From Dickeya solani IPO 2222 (GTDB taxonomy: Bacteria > Pseudomonadota > Gammaproteobacteria > Enterobacterales > Enterobacteriaceae), in NCBI RefSeq assembly GCF_001644705.1, contig NZ_CP015137.1:2310001-2342000 (forward strand): a stretch of 32,000 nucleotides of DNA. Direction: 5' to 3'. The notes under the pieces are model-generated. The model saw only the letters and a program-made list of their open reading frames with translations, was not told the DNA's origin and did not search any database. Position 1 is the first letter of the stretch, and each line of letters starts with the position of its first letter. This document shows, piece by piece, positions 24,623 through 32,000 of the stretch. Both the position numbers and the translations under genes were made by a program.

Positions 24623-24646
24623 AGCGACCCCAGTGGTCGCTTTTTT
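24623..24646 (+). terminator. rph-pyrE intercistronic attenuator/terminator hairpin
   Basis: Stem agcgacc/ggtcgct (24623-24629 / 24635-24641) with a 5-nt loop, then T6 (24641-24646), 10 bp after the rph stop. The position matches the UTP-sensitive pyrE attenuator known in E. coli/Salmonella. Confidence 0.7.
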
Positions 24647-24723
24647 ATGCCATCGTTTTTTATGCTATGTCGTCAGGATAGTGGGGCGCCCCGCTATCCG
24701 CCATCGTTACAGGAGAGGGAGTC

Positions 24724-25365
24724 ATGAAAGCCTACCAGCGTCAGTTTATCGAATTCGCACTCAGCAAACAGGTACTGAAGTTCGGCGAATTTACCCTGAA
24801 ATCCGGGCGTATCAGTCCCTATTTCTTTAACGCCGGGCTGTTCAACACCGGGCGCGATCTGGCGTTGCTGGGGCGCTTTTATGCTGAGGCGCTGGTGGAT
24901 GCCGCCGTTGAATTCGACGTATTGTTCGGGCCGGCCTATAAGGGCATTCCGATCGCCACCACCACTGCGGTAGCGCTGGCGGAGCACCACGACCGCGACG
25001 TGCCGTACTGCTTCAATCGTAAGGAAGCCAAAGATCACGGCGAGGGCGGCAATCTGGTCGGCAGCCCGCTCAAGGGGCGCATCATGCTGGTGGACGATGT
25101 GATTACCGCCGGCACCGCCATTCGCGAGTCGATGGAGATCATCGCCGCGCAGGGCGCCTCGCTGGCGGGCGTGCTGATCGCGCTGGACAGGCAGGAACGT
25201 GGCCGTGGCGAGCTGTCTGCCATTCAGGAAGTAGAACGCGATTTCCAGTGCAAGGTCACCTCGATCATCACCCTGCAGGAGCTGATTACCTATCTGGCGG
25301 AAAAACCGGAGATGGCTGCGCATCTGGAGGCGGTGAAAGCCTATCGCGCACAGTTCGGCGTGTAA
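24724..25365 (+). CDS. pyrE: Orotate phosphoribosyltransferase (213 aa)
   Basis: [40 protein letters not shown] and the PRPP loop [11 protein letters not shown]. Confidence 0.97.
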   Translation: MKAYQRQFIEFALSKQVLKFGEFTLKSGRISPYFFNAGLFNTGRDLALLGRFYAEALVDAAVEFDVLFGPAYKGIPIATTTAVALAEHHDRDVPYCFNRKEAKDHGEGGNLVGSPLKGRIMLVDDVITAGTAIRESMEIIAAQGASLAGVLIALDRQERGRGELSAIQEVERDFQCKVTSIITLQELITYLAEKPEMAAHLEAVKAYRAQFGV

Positions 25366-25384
25366 AACAGTTCGGCGTGTAAAA
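25351..25384. repeat. Perfect tandem duplication 2 x 17 bp (CAGTTCGGCGTGTAAAA) spanning the pyrE stop codon
   Basis: Read directly. Copy 1 (25351-25367) encodes QFGV-stop. Copy 2 (25368-25384) repeats it immediately downstream. Confidence 0.9.
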
Positions 25385-25430
25385 TAGCGGGCGTGAAGTA
25401 AGCGGCGTGGCGATGTGCCACGCAGTGCGT

Positions 25431-26027
25431 TTACTGAAGCTGGGCGGCCAGCAGCGGCCAGCGGGTATCGAAATCCTGCGTGGGCAGAGTGCGAAACTCG
25501 GAGCGGGTAAAGCGGGACAGCATGCCTTCGCAGAACGCCAGCAACTGGCTGGCCAGCAATGTTTCATCATGACGAAACGCTTCGCCGCTGCGCAGCTTGT
25601 GTTCGCGTAGCACCTGACGTAGCTGGGATTCAATGCGGTCAAACAGCTGGTTGATGCGACCCTGCAAGCGGTCCTGCTCGAACATCAGCGCATGGCCGGT
25701 GAGAATGCGCGTCAGACCAGGGTTTTTCTCCGCAAAGCCGAGAATCAGCAACAAAATCAGCCGCAGCCGGTTAAAGGTGTCTTTTTCATCCTGCAGAATC
25801 AGGTTGATGCGGGTGGTCAGGCTGTCTTCAATAAATTCGATCAGGCTGTCAAACATTCGCGTTTTGCTGGGAAAGTGCCGGTAAAGCGCGGCTTCCGAAA
25901 CGCCGACGGTGGCGGCCAGCTTGGCGGTGGTAATGCGTTGACTACCGTCGCTGGATTCCAGCATCTGCGCCAGCGCCTGCAGAATTTCTTCGCGCCGATT
26001 CCTTTTCGTATTTTCTTTCTCTGCCAT
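25431..26027 (-). CDS. slmA: Nucleoid occlusion factor SlmA (TetR family), 198 aa
   Basis: [70 protein letters not shown] is near-identical to E. coli SlmA. ATG at 26027 gives the canonical 198 aa. Confidence 0.95.
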   Translation of the reverse strand: MAEKENTKRNRREEILQALAQMLESSDGSQRITTAKLAATVGVSEAALYRHFPSKTRMFDSLIEFIEDSLTTRINLILQDEKDTFNRLRLILLLILGFAEKNPGLTRILTGHALMFEQDRLQGRINQLFDRIESQLRQVLREHKLRSGEAFRHDETLLASQLLAFCEGMLSRFTRSEFRTLPTQDFDTRWPLLAAQLQ

Positions 26028-26075
26028 GTCAGAAAAGACCCTTGATAAAAATGTGACGGACAAACACCAGATAGC

Positions 26076-26111
26076 GCCACAGTCGCATTAACGCTGTGGC
26101 TTTATAGTTTT
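26076..26111 (+). terminator. Terminator-like hairpin in the dut-slmA spacer (orientation ambiguous)
   Basis: 7-bp stem gccacag/ctgtggc (26076-26082 / 26094-26100) with an 11-nt loop. TTTATAGTTTT follows on the plus strand, but there is no plus-strand gene to terminate. It may act bidirectionally or modulate dut-slmA read-through. Confidence 0.3.
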
Positions 26112-26135
26112 CCTGGGAGGCAGGGATATGGCGTG

Positions 26136-26594
26136 TCAGTGCCGGCCGGAATGGCCGAAACCACCTTCTCCCCGTTCGCTGCCGGCGAAATCGTTAACCA
26201 GATTGAATTCGGCCTGCACCACCGGCACGAATACCATCTGGGCAATGCGTTCACCGGGTTCGATACTGAAAGACTGGCTGCCGCGGTTCCAGACCGACAC
26301 CATCAGCTGACCCTGGTAGTCGGAATCGATCAGGCCCACCAGATTGCCCAACACCACGCCATGTTTGTGACCAAGACCCGAACGCGGCAGGATCACCGCG
26401 GCCAGCGACGGGTCGGCGATGTGGATAGCCAGACCGGTCGGCACCAGCGTGGTTGCGCCTGCAGCCAGTTCCACCGCGCTGTCCAGACAGGCGCGCAGGT
26501 CCAGCCCGGCAGAACCCGGCGTAGCATAGGTCGGCAACGGGAACTGTTGCCCGATACGCGCATCAAGAATTTTTACGTCGATTTTTTTCATCAT
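26136..26594 (-). CDS. dut: dUTP diphosphatase (152 aa)
   Basis: [37 protein letters not shown]... is near-identical to E. coli Dut. ATGATG start at 26594 overlaps the coaBC 3-prime end, as in E. coli. Confidence 0.95.
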   Translation of the reverse strand: MMKKIDVKILDARIGQQFPLPTYATPGSAGLDLRACLDSAVELAAGATTLVPTGLAIHIADPSLAAVILPRSGLGHKHGVVLGNLVGLIDSDYQGQLMVSVWNRGSQSFSIEPGERIAQMVFVPVVQAEFNLVNDFAGSERGEGGFGHSGRH

Positions 26595-27849
26595 AACGGC
26601 TGACAATCTCGTCGATTAACTGTTGGCCCAGCAGGTGCTTGCTGCCGTGCGGCAGACGCTTATCCCCGTCCGGCCAGAAAAGATGCAATGCATTATTTTC
26701 CGAATTAAACCCCTGATCGGAAAGGGATACATCATTCGCACAAATCAGGTCCAACTGTTTGCGGGCCAGTTTCTGGCGCGCGTATTCTTCCACATTACTG
26801 GTTTCGGCGGCAAACCCGACAACATAAGGCCGGTTTTCGCTCATGGCGGCCACATCGGCGATGATATCCGGATTTTTGACCAGAGTGACACTGATTTCAT
26901 CGCCCTGCTTTTTGATCTTTTCGCCGGCGATCACCTGCGCCCGGTAGTCCGCCACGGCGGCGCAGCCCACCACGATATGCTGCTGCGGCGCTTCACGCAT
27001 CACCGTTTGGTGCATTTCCTGTGCGCTGATCACATCAATACGGGTGACATTATCCGGCGTCGGCAAATTAACCGGGCCTGCCACCAGCGTCACGCGCGCC
27101 CCGCGCGCAGCAGCGGCGGCGGCGATGGCAAATCCCATTTTTCCGGAACTGTGGTTGCTGATGAAACGTACCGGGTCCAGCGCTTCACGCGTCGGCCCTG
27201 CCGTGACCATAACACTGAGGTGTTGCAGATCATTGACACAGGAGAAGTGCGCGTCAGCGTTCGCCACAATCTCCAGCGGATCAATCATCCGGCCGGGGCC
27301 GACATCGCCGCAGGCCTGACTGCCGCTGTCCGGACCCCAGATCAACACGCCGCGGGCAGCCAGTACACCCAGGTTGTGCTGTGTGGCGGCGGCGCGGTAC
27401 ATCTGCTGGTTCATGGCCGGTGCGATGGCGACAGGCGCCGCCGTCGCCAGACAGACGGTAGTCAGCAGATCGTTGGCCATACCTGCCGCCATTCGGGCGA
27501 TCAGGTCTGCTGAAGCGGGAGCCAGAATCACCAGGTCCGCCCATTTTCCCAGCTCAATATGGCCCATAGCGGCCTCGGCGGCGGGATCCAGCAGATCGGT
27601 CGATACCGGATGACCGGATACCGCCTGCAACGTCAAAGGCGTAATGAACGCGCTGGCAGCGGGCGTCATCACCACGCGCACCTCGGCGCCCCTGTCGCGC
27701 AGGCGTCGAACCAGTTCCGGGCATTTATAGGCGGCAATGCCGCCGCTGATGCCCAGAACAATATGTTTCCCTGCGATACGTTTCCCCGCCAGAGGTTTGC
27801 CCGCAAGCGGTGTGCCGGAAAGCCCGTGCAGACTGGAAGAATCTGTCAT
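26563..27849 (-). CDS. coaBC: Bifunctional phosphopantothenoylcysteine decarboxylase / synthetase (428 aa)
   Basis: [13 protein letters not shown] flavoprotein N-domain, the CoaB domain and a C-terminus ending RYDEKNRR. The N-terminal extension carries a triplicated (P/R)(L/I)AGK motif. Confidence 0.95.
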   Translation of the reverse strand: MTDSSSLHGLSGTPLAGKPLAGKRIAGKHIVLGISGGIAAYKCPELVRRLRDRGAEVRVVMTPAASAFITPLTLQAVSGHPVSTDLLDPAAEAAMGHIELGKWADLVILAPASADLIARMAAGMANDLLTTVCLATAAPVAIAPAMNQQMYRAAATQHNLGVLAARGVLIWGPDSGSQACGDVGPGRMIDPLEIVANADAHFSCVNDLQHLSVMVTAGPTREALDPVRFISNHSSGKMGFAIAAAAAARGARVTLVAGPVNLPTPDNVTRIDVISAQEMHQTVMREAPQQHIVVGCAAVADYRAQVIAGEKIKKQGDEISVTLVKNPDIIADVAAMSENRPYVVGFAAETSNVEEYARQKLARKQLDLICANDVSLSDQGFNSENNALHLFWPDGDKRLPHGSKHLLGQQLIDEIVSRYDEKNRRKNS

Positions 27850-28038
27850 CGTTATATCCGTTTGTCAGCCGAAAAGAGCCTGCATTTTATCATAAGCTGC
27901 CACAGGTCGAGGAATCTTAGGTATCGCATTTCCTGATACAGAAAAAATTGCGGGACGTCTCGCAACCCGCAAACTGGCCCGTCGTCCCTCTGACAGACGC
28001 ATGGGATGATAGGCCACCGTTCGGGGAGGAGAGTGGCA

Positions 28039-28704
28039 ATGGCATGGAATGACGGGTGTGCGCCGCGTGAAAAATTGATGGAACTGGGCGCCGGGGCGCT
28101 GAGCGATACGGAACTGCTGGCGATTTTTCTGCGTACCGGCGTCGCGGGTACGCATGTGATGCAACTGGCGGAAAGTCTGCTGGTGCAATTCGGGTCGTTG
28201 TATCAGCTCATGATGGCGGACAAGGACACCTTTTGCACCGCACGGGGCGTGGGGGTGTCTAAATACACACAGTTGCAGGCGGTGGCGGAACTGGCCCGAC
28301 GGCTGTTTTCTTCCCACCTGGCGCGGGAAGACGCCATGCTCAACCCGGAAATGACGCAGCAGTATCTGCAATTGCTGCTGGCGCATCATGAGCGGGAGGT
28401 CTTTCTGGTGATGTTTCTGGATAACCAGCATCGGGTGATTCGTCATCAGGAAATGTTCGCCGGCACGATCAGTTGCGTGGAGGTGCATCCGCGTGAAATT
28501 GTGCGCGAGGCCCTCAAAGCTAACGCCGCCGCGCTAATTCTGGCGCATAACCATCCGTCCGGCCGGGCGGAGCCAAGTCAGGCTGACCGTTCCATCACCG
28601 GAAAAATCGTGCAGGCCTGCCAGTTGCTGGATATTCGGGTGCTTGACCATCTGGTTATCGGGCGCGGTGAGTACGTTTCTTTTGCCGAGCGAGGGTGGAT
28701 TTGA
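28039..28704 (+). CDS. yicR: UPF0758/JAMM-motif protein YicR (formerly RadC), 221 aa
   Basis: [26 protein letters not shown] and the JAMM motif [17 protein letters not shown] at 28039 is preceded by GGAGGAGAG. Confidence 0.9.
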   Translation: MAWNDGCAPREKLMELGAGALSDTELLAIFLRTGVAGTHVMQLAESLLVQFGSLYQLMMADKDTFCTARGVGVSKYTQLQAVAELARRLFSSHLAREDAMLNPEMTQQYLQLLLAHHEREVFLVMFLDNQHRVIRHQEMFAGTISCVEVHPREIVREALKANAAALILAHNHPSGRAEPSQADRSITGKIVQACQLLDIRVLDHLVIGRGEYVSFAERGWI

Positions 28705-28747
28705 AAGATATTTCCGCGATCCTGGGGGATCTTTAGCTGTTCGGGAC

Positions 28748-28776
28748 TTGAGCGCATACGCTTCAAAGCGTATACT
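28748..28776 (+). promoter_or_regulatory. Candidate sigma-70 promoter of rpmB-rpmG (TTGAGC-N17-TATACT)
   Basis: Read directly: -35 at 28748-28753 and -10 at 28771-28776. The spacer contains the inverted repeat atacgctt/aagcgtat. Confidence 0.55.
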
Positions 28777-28921
28777 ACGCCACCTTTGAGAATCTTGGGT
28801 GTGGCGTTAAGAGCCTATCTCAGCAGGTTTATCCTGATGACAGAGTCTTTTCAGTGAAGTTGCTGAGATGGGCTCTAGAGCCTGACGAGGCGGCCAACAC
28901 CCTCTACGAAGCTCGAGCTGA

Positions 28922-29179
<258 letters not shown>

Positions 29180-29187
29180 GGAACTGA

Positions 29188-29358
<171 letters not shown>

Positions 29359-29372
29359 TTTTAGTGGATCTG

Positions 29373-29400
29373 AAAAACCCGGCTTCGGCCGGGTTTTTTT
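29373..29400 (+). terminator. Rho-independent terminator of rpmBG
   Basis: Stem cccggc/gccggg (29378-29383 / 29388-29393) with loop ttcg, then T7 (29394-29400). A flanking A-run makes it potentially bidirectional. Confidence 0.85.
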
Positions 29401-29433
29401 ATCGCTTCAGCAGGACGTTTCGCCGGAGGACGC

Positions 29434-30243
29434 ATGCCAGAATTACCCGAAGTGGAAACCAGTCGCCGGGGCATTTCACCCTGGCTGGTCGGTCATACCA
29501 TTTTGTATGCCGAGGTGCGTAACGCGCGCCTGCGCTGGCCGGTCTCTCCTGAAATTCTGTCGCTGAGCGATACGCCGGTGCTGAGTGTGCAGCGGCGCGC
29601 CAAATACCTGCTGATTGAGCTGCCGACTGGCTGGATAATCGTACATCTGGGCATGTCCGGCAGTCTGCGGGTGTTGCCGGAATACAGCGAGCCGGATAAG
29701 CATGACCATGTCGATCTGGTAATGGACAGCGGTAAGGTGCTGCGTTATACCGACCCGCGTCGTTTCGGTGCCTGGCTGTGGTGCGATGATCTGGCGACCA
29801 GTTCGGTGCTGGCGCATCTGGGGCCGGAACCGCTGAGCGACGATTTTTCCGACCGCTATCTGTTCGCCCAATCTCGCGGGCGTAAAACGCCGGTCAAGCT
29901 GTGGATTATGGACAACAAGCTGGTGGTGGGCGTCGGCAACATCTACGCCAGCGAGTCGCTGTTTAATGCCGGTATTCTGCCGAACCGACCGGCGGGTTCG
30001 TTGTCTGAGGTTGAAGCGGACCAACTGGTACGTTCCATCAAACAGGTATTGCAACGCTCGATTGAGCAAGGCGGCACCACGCTGCGGGATTTCCTGCAGT
30101 CCGATGGCAAACCGGGTTATTTTGCGCAGGAGTTACAGGTCTATGGCCGCAGCGGCGAGCCCTGTCACCATTGCGGCACGCCGATTGAGAGCATCAAGCA
30201 GGGCCAGCGCAGCACTTTTTTCTGTAAATGTTGTCAGCATTAA
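29434..30243 (+). CDS. mutM: Formamidopyrimidine-DNA glycosylase (269 aa)
   Basis: [15 protein letters not shown]-terminus (catalytic Pro2) and a C-terminal zinc finger [24 protein letters not shown]. Confidence 0.97.
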   Translation: MPELPEVETSRRGISPWLVGHTILYAEVRNARLRWPVSPEILSLSDTPVLSVQRRAKYLLIELPTGWIIVHLGMSGSLRVLPEYSEPDKHDHVDLVMDSGKVLRYTDPRRFGAWLWCDDLATSSVLAHLGPEPLSDDFSDRYLFAQSRGRKTPVKLWIMDNKLVVGVGNIYASESLFNAGILPNRPAGSLSEVEADQLVRSIKQVLQRSIEQGGTTLRDFLQSDGKPGYFAQELQVYGRSGEPCHHCGTPIESIKQGQRSTFFCKCCQH

Positions 30244-30294
30244 ATCTGTATGTCGCAGCCAATCGCTTCTCCAACCGTTATTAAGGAACATCCC

Positions 30295-31275
30295 ATGGGT
30301 CAGGTGGACCTGAGTATCATTATTCCTGTTTATAACTGTGAAGACTATATTCCGGGATTGTTTGCATCGCTGTTGAGTCAGAATACGCTGGCGATAGAAG
30401 TGATTGTGGTGAATGACGGCTCGACGGACAACAGCCTGGCGCTATTGCAGACGATCGCCAGCGCCGATCCGCGGGTGATTCTGCTCGACCAACCTAATCA
30501 GGGATCCTCTGCCGCGCGCAATGCCGGTATGGATCGCGCCCGCGGCGAGTGGATCGGATTTGTGGATGCGGATGACTGGATCCCTGACGATCTGCTGTCA
30601 GTCTGGCTGGCGCAGGCCCGAGAGCAACAGGTTGATGTACTGATCGGTAATGCCTTCGGTTTCAAACAGGAACCACACCAAGAGGCTGACAACCGGTTAC
30701 TGCGTAAGCAACCTTGGGGGCAGGTTATTAGCGGTGAGCAGTGGATTATTCATTGTGTGAATAATCATGAATGGCCGCATTTTTCCTGGCTGCAGCTGAT
30801 TAGGAAATCGATGATTGATGCCAACAGGCTGCGTTTTGTACAAGGTATAACCCATGAAGACATTGTGTGGACAACTGAGGTTGCTCTGTCTGCGAAACGG
30901 ATGGGTTTTTGCGACTTCCCCTGCTATGGCTATCGCCGGAATTTGAACTCTGTCACTCAGTCCCAGTCAATGGACAAACTGGTGTTCAGGGCACACAGCT
31001 ACGTCTATGTGGTTAACTGGCTTGTGAGTATGGCTGGCAGGCAAAGTGTGAATCCCTTGCTGAGTGAAGCGTTGCTGCGGCACGCGAAATCCGAGAGTCG
31101 CAATCTGTTCGGATTACTCAGAAAGAAGATTTCCCATTCCACGGTCCGGCGTGAATTGGCGCGTCGTGTGTTCGATAACCGCCTTCATCGGGCGCTGTTT
31201 CGACGCAATGGCAATTTTAGGTCATGGTGGTACGCAATGCGTTTCACCACCTTGATGTTCCTGTATGCCAGATGA
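30295..31275 (+). CDS. Family 2 glycosyltransferase (about 326 aa), probable LPS/core or surface-glycan modifying enzyme
   Basis: GT2 N-terminal signature LSIIIPVYNCEDYIPGLFASLLSQ...VIVVNDGSTDNS and DxD (FVDADD). ATG at 30295 has SD AAGGA. The track start at 30250 lacks an SD. The 3-prime half is visibly lower in G+C. Confidence 0.8.
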   Translation: MGQVDLSIIIPVYNCEDYIPGLFASLLSQNTLAIEVIVVNDGSTDNSLALLQTIASADPRVILLDQPNQGSSAARNAGMDRARGEWIGFVDADDWIPDDLLSVWLAQAREQQVDVLIGNAFGFKQEPHQEADNRLLRKQPWGQVISGEQWIIHCVNNHEWPHFSWLQLIRKSMIDANRLRFVQGITHEDIVWTTEVALSAKRMGFCDFPCYGYRRNLNSVTQSQSMDKLVFRAHSYVYVVNWLVSMAGRQSVNPLLSEALLRHAKSESRNLFGLLRKKISHSTVRRELARRVFDNRLHRALFRRNGNFRSWWYAMRFTTLMFLYAR

Positions 31276-31318
31276 TGGTTATCGCGGGAAGATAAACACA
31301 TGGGCCCTATGGGGGCGT

Positions 31319-32000
<682 letters not shown>

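Noticed and set aside
24694-25323. 209-aa minus-strand ORF opposite pyrE
   Set aside because: This is a shadow ORF. pyrE on the plus strand is unambiguous.
26563-26594. 32-nt overlap between the coaBC 3-prime end and the dut start as a possible anomaly or frameshift
   Set aside because: The same out-of-frame overlap exists in E. coli: YDEKNRR in one frame and MMKKIDV in the other. It is a conserved feature and not an error.

Overview
This is an enterobacterial chromosome segment with high G+C. Species cannot be determined without a database search. All calls come from reading the ORF track and sequence by eye, using motif and synteny recall only. No BLAST or HMM search was run.

The backbone matches the E. 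coli K-12 core block yicC / rph-pyrE-slmA-dut-coaBC-yicR-rpmB-rpmG-mutM-coaD. That block is interrupted twice.

(1) About 22 kb of accessory DNA sits between yicC (565-1428) and rph (23897-24613), which are adjacent in K-12.
- It carries two convergent peptide-uptake loci.
- Locus A (1558-10457) has a LysR regulator, an M19 dipeptidase and a five-gene Dpp/Opp-type ABC importer. The importer is translationally coupled to an S12 D-aminopeptidase.
- Locus B (12221-22733, minus strand) runs in this order: a DUF1611/DgcN-like protein, a YcjG-like dipeptide epimerase, a Gsi-like ABC importer, a DmpA (S58) aminopeptidase, a DppA (M55) D-aminopeptidase and IaaA isoaspartyl peptidase.
- Between the two loci lies a visibly lower-G+C islet with an orphan sulfotransferase carrying an unassigned C-terminal domain.
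- A yidH-yidG (DUF202) pair sits next to rph.

(2) A GT2 glycosyltransferase is inserted between mutM and coaD.

The most interesting content is the concentration of seven enzymes for non-canonical peptide bonds (D-, beta-, gamma- or iso-linked) wired to two ABC importers.

A second notable signal is a set of related 16- and 17-bp tandem repeat arrays inside the locus B operon spacers. Several other short tandem duplications and candidate operators are also present.

No rRNA, tRNA, CRISPR array, transposase or integrase was seen.
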